DNA of 64,000 bases from Syntrophorhabdaceae bacterium (GTDB taxonomy: Bacteria; Desulfobacterota; Syntrophorhabdia; Syntrophorhabdales; Syntrophorhabdaceae), in assembly GCA_963665295.1 (NCBI GenBank), contig OY762209.1:4928001-4992000 (forward strand). Direction: 5' to 3'. The translations under genes and the position numbers were made by a program. The notes beneath the pieces are model-generated. The model was given only the letters and a program-made list of their open reading frames with translations. It ran no database searches and was not told where the DNA came from. Numbering within the stretch: position 1 is the stretch's first letter; the number at the start of each line of letters is the position of its first letter. Positions 30,031 through 39,905 of this stretch are shown in pieces.

Positions 30031-30363
30031 ATGAGCGGATACTACGAGAGGAGCGACCTTGAGGATTTTGAAAACATAGGAGAATACGCCCCGGAATTGG
30101 GGGAAAAATACTTCGATTACTACGGGGAGGCCATGAAGGCGGGAAAGCTCTCTCAGAGGGAAAAAGTCCTCATCGCCCTTGTGGTGGCCACCACACAGAA
30201 ATGCCCGTACTGCATTGACGCATACACAAACCAGTGCCTGTCCCTCGGCGTATCGAAAGAGGAGATGATGGAGGCCGAGCACGTGGGGGCTGCCATGATG
30301 GCGGGAATCGTGCTTGCCCACTCCACCCAGATGCGGAAGATCATCAGGAAGAAGGAAATGTGA
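30031..30363 (+). CDS. CMD/AhpD-family protein of the type associated with ArsS radical SAM
   Basis: LSQREKVLIAL..CPYCIDAY; adjacent to arsS-like gene. Confidence 0.85.
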   Translation: MSGYYERSDLEDFENIGEYAPELGEKYFDYYGEAMKAGKLSQREKVLIALVVATTQKCPYCIDAYTNQCLSLGVSKEEMMEAEHVGAAMMAGIVLAHSTQMRKIIRKKEM

Positions 30364-30365
30364 TC

Positions 30366-31328
30366 ATGGGCACGTCCTTCTCCGACCATTCATTTTCCGA
30401 CCGTCTGACCCGGGGTCTCGTGGCAGAGGGCATATCTGTCCTCCAGGTCAACGTCGGCTACCTTTGTAATCTTGCGTGCAGGCATTGTCACGTAGGCGCG
30501 GGACCTCTCCGTACAGAGATCATGGGCAGGGCGGTCATGGAGCGGTGCATCGAGCTCCTCAAGGCCTATCCTGTTCCTACCGTCGATATTACCGGCGGAA
30601 GTCCTGAGATGCACCCCCTGTTCCGGTGGTTCCTCGAAGAATGCGCGGCCCTCAAACGCCGCACGTTGGTAAGGACAAACGGGGTGATCCTCCTCGACCC
30701 TGATTACAAACCTTTTCTTGACCTCTACGCGGCCCTCGGCATTGAAGTGGTCGTGTCTCTGCCCCACATGGACCCCCACGTCACCGAGCGCCAGCGCGGA
30801 GACGGAGTATTCCCCGGGCTTATTGAAGTCCTCAAAAGGCTGAACGCCGCGGGCTACGGGCAGGCCGGTTCCGGATTGGTCCTCAATCTTGTCCACAATC
30901 CGGGAGGCGCCTATTTGCCGGGCCCTCAGGAGAGCCTGGAGGCCCACTACAGACAGGTCTTGCTCGCCCGGTATGACGTTGCCTTCAATCACCTTTTCTG
31001 CATCGCCAACATGCCCATAGGCCGGTACCTCGATTACCTCAGGAGGAGCGGCAATTATGACGAATACATGGCAAGCCTGGCCAGGGCCTTCAATCCCGCG
31101 GCCCTCGCGCGGGTCATGTGCAAGACTACTTTGTCCGTTGCGTGGGACGGGCGTCTCTATGACTGTGATTTCAACCAGATGCTGGGATTGCCCGCCAACC
31201 ACGGCGCGCCGGACCATATTGCCGCCTTCGACATGGACAGGCTTGCTCACCGTACTATTGTCACCGGCAACCACTGCTACGGTTGCACCGCAGGGGCGGG
31301 AAGCTCCTGCCAGGGCCAGACGGCATAA
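30366..31328 (+). CDS. arsS: ArsS-like (arsenosugar biosynthesis-type) radical SAM protein with Cys-rich C-terminus
   Basis: CNLACRHCHV, DITGGSPE, YDCDFNQML, HCYGCTAGAGSSC. Confidence 0.85.
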   Translation: MGTSFSDHSFSDRLTRGLVAEGISVLQVNVGYLCNLACRHCHVGAGPLRTEIMGRAVMERCIELLKAYPVPTVDITGGSPEMHPLFRWFLEECAALKRRTLVRTNGVILLDPDYKPFLDLYAALGIEVVVSLPHMDPHVTERQRGDGVFPGLIEVLKRLNAAGYGQAGSGLVLNLVHNPGGAYLPGPQESLEAHYRQVLLARYDVAFNHLFCIANMPIGRYLDYLRRSGNYDEYMASLARAFNPAALARVMCKTTLSVAWDGRLYDCDFNQMLGLPANHGAPDHIAAFDMDRLAHRTIVTGNHCYGCTAGAGSSCQGQTA

Positions 31329-31332
31329 CCGC

Positions 31333-31363
31333 AAAAAAAAAGGACCGGGAAGCCCGGTCCTTT
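31333..31363. terminator. Bidirectional intrinsic terminator
   Basis: A-run plus AAAGGACCGGG-AAG-CCCGGTCCTTT between convergent genes. Confidence 0.8.
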
Positions 31364-31401
31364 GCGTATCCTGTGTTCGTGTGGAAACCGGCGAAATCCC
31401 C

Positions 31402-33633
31402 CTACTTCCCCTGCACCACGGTGAACTGCCTCCAATCCGATGTTCCTGTCCGGAAGACCCTGATAAAACCCCTCCGCGTAGAACCGGTACTGTTGGCGGT
31501 GAAGCTGTAGGACACCGTTCCGGCGCCGCTCATCTTGCTCCCGGAGGTAATGGTGATCCAGTCCCTTCCGAAATAATCGACGGATGACTGCCACTCGCAG
31601 TCCCCATTGATATTGACATCAAAAGAGCCCGAACCCGCTGAGGACTGAACCGTGGCCGACGTGGGGCCGAGGGTCGGAGGCGAACAGTCCGTCCGGTCCT
31701 GGTTTACCACAAACCGGCCCCCTGCAATAGACATCGTTCCCGTACGGGGCGAGGGGTTATCGTTGCCGAGTATGGTGACGGCGACCTTGCCCTTGTTGTT
31801 CTTGAAGGACGACAGGGACGCGATGATCCACGGGTTATCGGACAGAACGGATGGCGCGCCGCATGCCCCGTGGGCCTCCGCAGGCACACTGGTGACGGCC
31901 ACGGACAGTTCCTTCCCCTTGCCGCCGGCTGTCGTGTGGCTGGGCGAGAAGTTGTAGGCGCAGGAGCTTCCAAAGGCAGCCGTTACATTCATTGCGCCTG
32001 TCATGGTCACGGTGCATGTGTCGGTCCCCGAACAGCCTCCGCCGGACCAGCCGGTGAAGGAATTGCCCGACGATGCGGCGGCAGTGAGGGTGACGCTCGC
32101 GCCGTTGTCGAAGAGCGCCGCGCACCGCGTGCCGCAGTTGATCCCGTCGGGGGCGGATGTGACCGTACCCGCTCCGGCCCCGGACTTCGCGACCGTGAGG
32201 TACTGTTTAGTGTCAATCGATTTGTAGGCGTCATTGACGTTGATCCGTGCCTTGGTAACCGAACCGCATTTCCCATCGGTAACGGCCTTCCCCGTTGACG
32301 TGAAGGCGGCGAGAATCTCTTCTATGGTCGCCGTCGGCTTGACCTGTTTCATCAGGGCCCACGCCCCCGAAACATGGGGCGCCGCCATGGAGGTCCCGTT
32401 AGCGGGAGCATAGCCTCTTTTGGGTACGGACGAGGTAATCGCGGACCCCGGGGCAAAGAGGTGCAGAGAAGATGCGCTGTTCGAGTATGAGCCCACCTGA
32501 TCATCGACGTCCGTGGCGCCCACGCTCACCGCGGTGGAGATACACGCCGGCGCGGCAAGGTAGCCGCAGTACCCGCTATTGCCGCTTGCGATTATCGAGA
32601 CGATCCCCGCTGCCCTGAGCAGGTCGATATCGGATTTTATTGTGAGATCATCGCACTTGCCCGCGTACTGCCCTCCCCCAAGGCTCATGTTGACTGCGGC
32701 GATCTTGTGATCGCCCCTGAGGGCGTAGACGCGTTCAAGGCCTTTCTTCAGGTCCGAGATCTGCACGGAGGTGCAGGGCGACTTTTCGCCCAATGACGCG
32801 CAGGCCTGAGCGGAATCAACGCGGGAGAAGACCTGTATTGCAATTATCCCCACCTCGGGGGCTACGCCGGGCCCCGGGCTTTCTTCGACGCCGGCCCTGC
32901 CCGCCACGATGCCCGCCACATGGGTTCCGTGGTGACATTCATTCTTGGGGCATTTCCCCGCGTAGGGCATGGCAGACCCGTCGTCCGTCGATTCGGTCAC
33001 CTTTTTCGGACATAAGGAGGTCAGCTTCGACTGCTTGTCGTTTGTCGAATAGCACGCCTCGGACACTACGCTCTCCTTCAGAAAGGGGTGGTTCTTATCC
33101 ACACCACTGTCCAGCACTGCCACCACGTAGCCTTTCCCTGTTTTCGCCTTCTGAAGGATATCGGCCCCGATAAGGGGGACGCTCTTGTCGAGGACGGCTG
33201 TGAGGGATATATCTTCCTGTACACTCACCGCAGCCGTTGACTCAAGTATGGCGTCGAGGGCCGCCGCGTCAACGGTCATGGCAAGATAGGGAGTAAACAT
33301 GTATTTGTACGACTTGACCGGGCTCTTCCCCGCCCGCTTAAGTCCTCGCAGGAGCTCGTCCTGCATGACTGCGATATATGCCCGTTGGCCCTCTGCCGTT
33401 TCTGCCTTCAGATCGACGTCAGGGGTAAAAGGCGCGTTCACTTCCACAAGTATCCGCACGGTGCCGTTTTTGGCCGCCAGCGAGCGAAGCCCGTCATATC
33501 CGTCCACGCTCTTCACCTTAGCGGCATACTCGTCTGCGACCTGGGCCGTCGCCCCAACCGGGAGAAACCCGGCCACGGCGACGCACACGGTAAAAATGAA
33601 TACCCGCATCCACGAAAAAGATCTCTTCTGCAT
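31402..33633 (-). CDS. Secreted subtilisin-family (S8) protease with InlB-B-like and BACON-like C-terminal domains
   Basis: VAVLDSGV, HGTHVAG, GTSMAAPHVSG; GAGTVTSAPDGINCG repeat; W-I-T-I..G..V.Y...N..R.G.I tail. Confidence 0.9.
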   Translation of the reverse strand: MQKRSFSWMRVFIFTVCVAVAGFLPVGATAQVADEYAAKVKSVDGYDGLRSLAAKNGTVRILVEVNAPFTPDVDLKAETAEGQRAYIAVMQDELLRGLKRAGKSPVKSYKYMFTPYLAMTVDAAALDAILESTAAVSVQEDISLTAVLDKSVPLIGADILQKAKTGKGYVVAVLDSGVDKNHPFLKESVVSEACYSTNDKQSKLTSLCPKKVTESTDDGSAMPYAGKCPKNECHHGTHVAGIVAGRAGVEESPGPGVAPEVGIIAIQVFSRVDSAQACASLGEKSPCTSVQISDLKKGLERVYALRGDHKIAAVNMSLGGGQYAGKCDDLTIKSDIDLLRAAGIVSIIASGNSGYCGYLAAPACISTAVSVGATDVDDQVGSYSNSASSLHLFAPGSAITSSVPKRGYAPANGTSMAAPHVSGAWALMKQVKPTATIEEILAAFTSTGKAVTDGKCGSVTKARINVNDAYKSIDTKQYLTVAKSGAGAGTVTSAPDGINCGTRCAALFDNGASVTLTAAASSGNSFTGWSGGGCSGTDTCTVTMTGAMNVTAAFGSSCAYNFSPSHTTAGGKGKELSVAVTSVPAEAHGACGAPSVLSDNPWIIASLSSFKNNKGKVAVTILGNDNPSPRTGTMSIAGGRFVVNQDRTDCSPPTLGPTSATVQSSAGSGSFDVNINGDCEWQSSVDYFGRDWITITSGSKMSGAGTVSYSFTANSTGSTRRGFIRVFRTGTSDWRQFTVVQGK

Positions 33634-33920
33634 TGTGCCCCTCCCTGAACCGAAATCAGATGCAAGCCCGGATCGACCGGGGCTCTATCGCCGCCCCCAC
33701 AGGCTTCCCGGGAAACAGTCTCGCGGCGAAAACGGATCACCGCCGCAGGGCAGTCCTGATTACGAGCCCTTTCCCGTCCGGGTTTGAGAATGAATTATTT
33801 CCTATTTGCGGGAAAAATACAATATCTTTTTTCGCCTCGGTGAGGCTCTGACGCGGTCCCTCTCCGGGGCCCGACGGACCGGCAAAATCGTCGCGGTCCG
33901 CCTCGCTGCGCAAGGGCTTC

Positions 33921-34337
33921 TTATCCCTCTTTTTTGAAAAACTTCGTGTGTTCCTGCTTCATACACCGGTCCATCACGAACCCTATCCCGCTTTTCTCCG
34001 CTATGACCCGCGCCTCGTCACTTATGATACCCAACTGGAGCCAGATGTACTTCGGCTTTATCTTCACCGCTTCCTCAACCACGGGGACCAGTTTGTCGGC
34101 GCGCATGAAAATATCGACCACGTCTACCTTTTCCGGGATTTCGGAAAGGGATTTGTAGGACTTCTCTCCCAGTATCTCCTCATAGCCCGGGTTCACCGGT
34201 ATGATCCTGTAACCGGCGTTCCGCAAATACCTGGCGACTCCGTTGCTCGCCTTGTCCTCCGATGGCGAAAGTCCCACAATCGCAATAGTGTGTGATGTTT
34301 CCAACGCCTCTTTCCCTATCCCCTCTTTCTGATCCAT
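33921..34337 (-). CDS. CoA-binding protein (YccU-like)
   Basis: IAIVGLS, IIPVNP, VDVVDIF, WLQLGI, MDRC. Confidence 0.92.
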   Translation of the reverse strand: MDQKEGIGKEALETSHTIAIVGLSPSEDKASNGVARYLRNAGYRIIPVNPGYEEILGEKSYKSLSEIPEKVDVVDIFMRADKLVPVVEEAVKIKPKYIWLQLGIISDEARVIAEKSGIGFVMDRCMKQEHTKFFKKEG

Positions 34338-34623
34338 ATGCCCTCCATGGGTACCGCCCTCATTATTTATTGCCCCTCCGTGCGGCCCGTTCCAGACAAA
34401 AGTTACGCATTTCGCCGCAAATAATCAAGGGAATGGGTGTCGACTCCTCTCCATAATATATGCGCCCGCCATTCACATAAGGCGCCCCTCCCGTCGCCAT
34501 TACGTAAGCCGCTCATGGGTACCGCTTCCGCTCCCGATCTTGCGGAAAAGGCAGCACAAACATGGGCTATCTGTCGAATATTTATTTGAATCTTACCCGG
34601 GAAAATTGGTATAATAATCAAAA

Positions 34624-35040
34624 ATGCGCATTTTATCACTTGATGTGGGCGACAAAAGGATCGGTCTCGCCTTGTCGGACCCCACGCATACATTAGCCCA
34701 GGCGCTCAAGGTCTACACAAGAACGACGATGAAGAAGGATCTCCAGGAGTTCAGGAACATTGTGGCCGACCACGAGGTCGAAAAGATCGTTGTCGGATTA
34801 CCGAAGGACCTAAGCGGCGCCGTTGGCAAGAGAGCTCAGGCAGTGACCGATTTTGCGAAGGAAATAGAGCAGTACACCGGGGTTCCGGTGGTATTGTGGG
34901 ATGAAAGGTTCAGCACGAATGAGGCGAACAGGATCTTTGAAATGGCCGAGATGAGCCGCAAGAAAAGAAAACCCTTCATTGACATGATGGCATCACAGAT
35001 CATACTCCAGGGATACCTCGATGCACAAAAGACTGAATAG
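34624..35040 (+). CDS. ruvX: YqgF/RuvX Holliday junction resolvase-like nuclease
   Basis: LDVGDKRIGLALSD, VVGLP, WDERFST. Confidence 0.93.
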   Translation: MRILSLDVGDKRIGLALSDPTHTLAQALKVYTRTTMKKDLQEFRNIVADHEVEKIVVGLPKDLSGAVGKRAQAVTDFAKEIEQYTGVPVVLWDERFSTNEANRIFEMAEMSRKKRKPFIDMMASQIILQGYLDAQKTE

Positions 35041-36022
35041 ACGGGTAATCCTTTTTGCCGTCCTTGTCTTCTTTCTTGCCCAGTCGCTCATCTTCGCGAG
35101 CATCCCCAGGAGCGCGGAGACCCGTTCCGTCGAGTTTGTTGTGAAAAGCGGCACAAGCCTGACGGGCATCGCAAATCAGCTTGCGGACGAGGGTATCATA
35201 CGCATGCCCTATCTTTTCGTGGCCCTCTCGCTCATTTACAGGGGAAAGCTGATTGCAGGAGAGTACGAAATCAAGAGGGACATGAGCACCTTCCAGATCG
35301 TGAGGAAGATGGCCTATGGTGAGAGGAACATATACGCGTTGAGGATCGTGGAAGGATACAATATATATAACATAGCCGATTCGGCGGAAAAGACGCACAT
35401 CATGAAGGGAGCGGATTTCCTGAAGCTTGCCCGGGACCGCGCGCTGATCGCAGGACTGGGAATAGACGCCGACTCCCTCGAAGGATACCTCTCCCCCGAC
35501 ACCTACTATTACAGCAGGGAAATAGAGATGGAAAAACTCGTGGAGAAGATCGTCCAGAGAACGCTCAATTTCTTCGCGAGGGAAGATATAAAGAAAAGAA
35601 TGGAGGAGCTCCATTTCACGGTCCGCGACACCCTTACCCTCGCGTCCATGATCGAACGGGAGGCAAAGATGCGGGACGAGAAACCACTTATCTCTGCGGT
35701 ATTTCACAACAGGCTCAAAAGAGATATGTCCCTCGACTGCGACCCCACGGTCCTCTACGGCACAGGGATCGAAGGCCCCATAAAGAAATCCGATCTCATT
35801 GCCCATACTCCCTATAACACTTACACTTTAAAAGGATTACCCAGGGGACCCATATGCAATCCGGATAAGAGTTCCATCACGGCGGCCCTCTATCCTGCCC
35901 AGGTCGATTACCTTTACTTTGTGTCCAAAAACGACGGCACCCATGTCTTCTCTCGGGACATGAAAGACCACAATCGTTTTGTCGTAATGTATCAACGGAA
36001 TAAGCATACAAAAAAACAATGA
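35021..36022 (+). CDS. mltG: Endolytic transglycosylase MltG
   Basis: LEGYLSPDTY, LASMIEREA, SAVFHNRL, PYNTY..GLPRGPICNP. Confidence 0.94.
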   Translation: MHKRLNRRVILFAVLVFFLAQSLIFASIPRSAETRSVEFVVKSGTSLTGIANQLADEGIIRMPYLFVALSLIYRGKLIAGEYEIKRDMSTFQIVRKMAYGERNIYALRIVEGYNIYNIADSAEKTHIMKGADFLKLARDRALIAGLGIDADSLEGYLSPDTYYYSREIEMEKLVEKIVQRTLNFFAREDIKKRMEELHFTVRDTLTLASMIEREAKMRDEKPLISAVFHNRLKRDMSLDCDPTVLYGTGIEGPIKKSDLIAHTPYNTYTLKGLPRGPICNPDKSSITAALYPAQVDYLYFVSKNDGTHVFSRDMKDHNRFVVMYQRNKHTKKQ

Positions 36023-36037
36023 CTTAAGGAGGAGTTT

Positions 36038-37216
36038 ATGGCAAAAGATGTTGCGGTTATCGGCGTTGGCCAAAGTAGCTTCGTCAGAGGCTATCCGGGC
36101 TCAATCAGGGAACTGGCCTTTGAAGCCTTCAGGGAAGCAATGCTCGACGCAGGGATCACTCAGAAAGATGTCGGTGCCTCCGTATTCTGTTCCGCACCGG
36201 AGTATGACAAACAGAGATCGCCTGCCGGCGTTCTCGCGGAATACCTGGGACTTATCCCCCAGCCTACCTTCTACATCGAGACGGTCTGTTCTTCAAGCAG
36301 CTCCGGCTTAAAGGTCGCATACAGCATGATAAAGGCCGGACTCCACGACGTAGTATGCGTCTGCGGATTCCAGAAAATGTCCGAGATCACCTCCGCTGAA
36401 TCGCAGGAGAGGATGGGCAGAGGCGCAGACATTCAGTGGGAAGCTCCTTTTGGAACCATGATGCCTGCTTACTATGCTCTCTATGCCCGGGCCTACATGG
36501 CCAAGAACGGCCTCACCCACGATGACCTCATGGGCGTAAGGCTGAAATCGGCGACCTACGGCGCAATCAACGAGAGGGCCGTATATCGCAAGGGCGTGAA
36601 ACCTTCGGATTTTGACGCCACCAACCCCGACGCAAGAATGGCCGGTCCCGTTGCCTGGCCTCTCAGGGTCGGCGATGCGTGTGCCAACGCGGACGGCAGC
36701 TCCTGCGTGATTCTTGCCAACGCGGAAAAGGCAAAATCCTTCTCCAAGAAACCTATCTGGATCATGGGTATCGGCGCTGCATCAGAGGCAGTCAACATGG
36801 CCGCAAGACCCGACTTCGCGAAGGGCCTGAGCGTTGGTTACGGCGCCGCGGCAGAAGCTTACAAAATGGCGGGTATCACCGCAAAAGACGTCAACGTGGC
36901 TGAAGTCCACGACTGCTTCACCATCGCCGAGATCATGGCATATGAAGGCCTTGGCTTCGCAAAGATGGGAGACGGCAAAGAGCTTATCAGGGCCAAGGAG
37001 ACTTACAAGGAAGGCAAAATCCCCGTGAACGTAGACGGCGGGCTCCTTTCCAAGGGTCATCCCATCGGAGCGACAGGCGGCTCCCAGGTACGTACCATCG
37101 TTTTGCAGCTCAGGGGAGAGGCGGGCCCGATGCAGGTGAAAGACCCTGAAATCGGCCTCGTCCACAATGTCGGCGGCGTAGGTCTCTACGGCAGCGTCAC
37201 AATATTCGGGAGGTGA
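36038..37216 (+). CDS. SCP2/archaeal-type thiolase
   Basis: ETVCSSS nucleophile, EVHDCF, KGHPIGATG. Confidence 0.9.
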   Translation: MAKDVAVIGVGQSSFVRGYPGSIRELAFEAFREAMLDAGITQKDVGASVFCSAPEYDKQRSPAGVLAEYLGLIPQPTFYIETVCSSSSSGLKVAYSMIKAGLHDVVCVCGFQKMSEITSAESQERMGRGADIQWEAPFGTMMPAYYALYARAYMAKNGLTHDDLMGVRLKSATYGAINERAVYRKGVKPSDFDATNPDARMAGPVAWPLRVGDACANADGSSCVILANAEKAKSFSKKPIWIMGIGAASEAVNMAARPDFAKGLSVGYGAAAEAYKMAGITAKDVNVAEVHDCFTIAEIMAYEGLGFAKMGDGKELIRAKETYKEGKIPVNVDGGLLSKGHPIGATGGSQVRTIVLQLRGEAGPMQVKDPEIGLVHNVGGVGLYGSVTIFGR

Positions 37217-37219
37217 TCC

Positions 37220-37630
37220 ATGGGATTTGAAAAATTCGGAAGAAAGAGCTTCACTGCAATGACCAAAACGGCAAAATTTGTTGATCTCCTTGGCGAAGGG
37301 AAGATCGACGGAACAGTCTGCAAGAAATGCGGCGCGAAGTTTTTCCCGCCCAGAGCCGATTGCTCCTCCTGTCTCTCAAATGAGATGGATTGGTTTGATA
37401 TGCCCGCAAAAGGCAAACTCGAAACCTTCACCACCGCATACTATGCACCTTTCGGTTTCGAAGCCGATCCCCCCTACACCATGGGCGTAGTCGACTTCGG
37501 CGGTATCAAGCTTTTCGCAAGGCTTGCCAAAGAGATCCCCATCGATGATATCGTCGTTGGAATGGACGTAGGTGTCAGACCGTTGAAATACGATGACGGC
37601 CAGATCTCCTTCGAGATCACAAAAGCGTAA
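37220..37630 (+). CDS. DUF35 Zn-ribbon/OB-fold thiolase partner
   Basis: CKKC..FPPRADCSSC followed by an OB-fold. Confidence 0.9.
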   Translation: MGFEKFGRKSFTAMTKTAKFVDLLGEGKIDGTVCKKCGAKFFPPRADCSSCLSNEMDWFDMPAKGKLETFTTAYYAPFGFEADPPYTMGVVDFGGIKLFARLAKEIPIDDIVVGMDVGVRPLKYDDGQISFEITKA

Positions 37631-37649
37631 GTTATAGGGTTTTTAATTG

Positions 37650-37683
37650 AAAAGGGGCTGCCCCAAACGGGGCAGCCCCTTTT
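37650..37683. terminator. Bidirectional intrinsic terminator
   Basis: AAAAGGGGCTGCCCC-AAAC-GGGGCAGCCCCTTTT. Confidence 0.88.
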
Positions 37684-37700
37684 GTTCTTCCTTTTCAGTC

Positions 37701-39308
37701 TTACTGATGGTCGGCCCACTTGCCGTATTTCTCTCTCAGCATCCGGTGGAGTATCTTGCCGGCGCCGCTTCTCGGCATCTCTTCGTCTTTGATGAAGATG
37801 ATGCTCTTGGGTACCTTGAATCCCGCGATCTTGCCCTTGCAATGGGCCGATATTTCCTCGGCTGTGGCAGCTTGCCCTTCATGAAGGACGATGACTGCGG
37901 TTACCTGCTCGCCCCATTTCTCATGAGGTACGCCGATTACCGCCACGTCCTTTACCTTGGCATAACCGCCTACGCAGTTCTCAACCTCGGAGGGGAAGAT
38001 GTTCTCGCCGCCTGAGATGATCATGTTGGCCTTTCTGTCTACGAGGATGATGTAGCCGTCCTCGTCCTTGTACGCCATGTCGCCGGCGCTGAAGAATTCG
38101 CCTTTCATGGCTGCGGCGGTCTTCTCAGGGTCTTTCCAGTACTCTTCGAAGAGCATGGGGCTTCTTGAATAGAGTTCGCCTACTTCGTTCGGTTTCGTCA
38201 CGAGCTTCCCGTCTTCGTCATAGAGCTCGATCAGGTCCGTACCGATAACCTCGCGTCCGCAGGAGCCGAGCTTGACTAGCTGTTCGTTGGGTTTCAGTAC
38301 CGTCACGATACCCGCTTCCGTGGAGCCGTAGGCCTCGTACAGTTCCGAGTTGGAGAACATCTCGAGGACGCCGAGCTTCGTGTCTCTTCTCGCCGGGGCG
38401 GAGGAGATAAGGAGTTTCTTTACGCTGGTGAGGTCGTATTTCTTCTTGACGTCGTCCGGCAGGGCGAGCATCATGATGTAGTGGGTCGGGACCAGGGAGG
38501 TAAAGGTTACCTTGTGGTCCGAGAAGGTCTTTAAGAGGTTCTCTGCGTTGAAGCTTACCATGTTGTAGCACATTACCGCGCCGCCTACCCATGTGGCCAC
38601 GAAGGAGTAGAAGAGGGAGTTTACGTGGCAGCAGGGCATGACGAGAAGGTTTACATCGTTATCGTTGAACTGGTGGTCGTAGATCATGATGAAGTACTGG
38701 GAGAAGAGGTTGAGGTGGCTCTTGACCACGCCCTTCGGTTTGCCTGTGGTACCGCCCGTGTACATGATCACCCACGGATCGTCGGCGTCCACCACCGTCT
38801 TCGGCTCCTCGGCGCTCGCCTTGGCGAGGGCTTCCTCGTAAGGAGTGAAACCGTCATAGGTCTCGTTCTTAAGGGCAAAGGAGATGTATCCTTTTACCGT
38901 GGGGAGACTCTTCTTCATTTCCGTGACCTGTTTGATCCAGGGGAACTCTTTTCCGTCCGCGCCGTCAAAGCCGCCCTGAACGATGAAGACCTTGCACTCG
39001 CTGTGGTTGATATTGTATTCCATCTCCACCGGGGCGAGCCTGAACATGAGGGGCACGCATACGAAGCCTCCCTTCGCTGCTGCTCCGTAGATCTCCATCC
39101 ACTCCACGCAGTTGTACGCGAGGACCGCGAACCTGTCGCCTTTTTTCATGCCCATGTCGGCAAGGGCATTCGCGAGCCTTGCGGCTCTCTCATCCCACTG
39201 TTTGAATGTGTAGCTCTTGTAGAGGTCTTTAATGCCGACCTTGTTCGGCCATTTAGACGCATTTACTCTTAGTACGTCTTTTGCTGTCATCCAGTGCCCG
39301 TTTCTCAT
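37701..39308 (-). CDS. AMP-forming acyl-CoA synthetase
   Basis: YTGGTTGKPKG, YGSTE, GDMAY, SGGENIFP, GAGKI. Confidence 0.93.
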   Translation of the reverse strand: MRNGHWMTAKDVLRVNASKWPNKVGIKDLYKSYTFKQWDERAARLANALADMGMKKGDRFAVLAYNCVEWMEIYGAAAKGGFVCVPLMFRLAPVEMEYNINHSECKVFIVQGGFDGADGKEFPWIKQVTEMKKSLPTVKGYISFALKNETYDGFTPYEEALAKASAEEPKTVVDADDPWVIMYTGGTTGKPKGVVKSHLNLFSQYFIMIYDHQFNDNDVNLLVMPCCHVNSLFYSFVATWVGGAVMCYNMVSFNAENLLKTFSDHKVTFTSLVPTHYIMMLALPDDVKKKYDLTSVKKLLISSAPARRDTKLGVLEMFSNSELYEAYGSTEAGIVTVLKPNEQLVKLGSCGREVIGTDLIELYDEDGKLVTKPNEVGELYSRSPMLFEEYWKDPEKTAAAMKGEFFSAGDMAYKDEDGYIILVDRKANMIISGGENIFPSEVENCVGGYAKVKDVAVIGVPHEKWGEQVTAVIVLHEGQAATAEEISAHCKGKIAGFKVPKSIIFIKDEEMPRSGAGKILHRMLREKYGKWADHQ

Positions 39309-39837
39309 AAAACCCTCCTTAATGTAGTTAGTCTACCGCCGTATTACCCGGCGGTTTATCGCCCTGAAGCGCGCAGCACCGGGACAGGTTCCGCACGAGC
39401 AGGCCGACTCCGCCTCCCCGCTCATCCTGCCCTTGCCCATGGCGTACGCTCTCCAATCAAACATGCCCCAACCGCAAGCCCGCGGATATTCGAGCGGCCC
39501 GAATCCTGTCCCCGACTCCCGATTCCGTAACGGTCGAGGCCCCGTCCCCTCCAGGGGATAGAGGTATCCGTGATGCAATCCTCTCGCGTATCGAGTTCCA
39601 TCGCTTCCAGGAGTTCCCTCTCGTTGCAGGTCGCACAAATTCTCCTTGCGGCACATTTAACTATATCATTTTTGAAAAACCTGAATCACACTTCCCTCCC
39701 TTTTTGGGGAGGCGCATAATAAGACGAAACGACTGCTCACTGCCTTCCTGTCCCGCTCACGGGGCAACGCTTGAAGCAGATCAAATGAACCTCGCTGCTG
39801 CATGCAGCGTGGTATCAGCGCAAACCCGCTGTTCCGC

Positions 39838-39878
39838 AAACCCTTGCTTACTCCTTCGGAGAAGGGGCAGGCAAGGGT
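39838..39878 (-). terminator. Hairpin downstream of glcF-like gene
   Basis: ACCCTTGC...GCAAGGGT stem, short U-tail on minus strand. Confidence 0.5.
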
Positions 39879-39905
39879 CATGCGTCGTTCTTCCAAATAT
39901 TCCTG

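Noticed and set aside
34347..34527. Repeated CATGGGTACCGC 12-mer
   Set aside because: Only two short copies, one overlapping an RBS region; insufficient evidence of function
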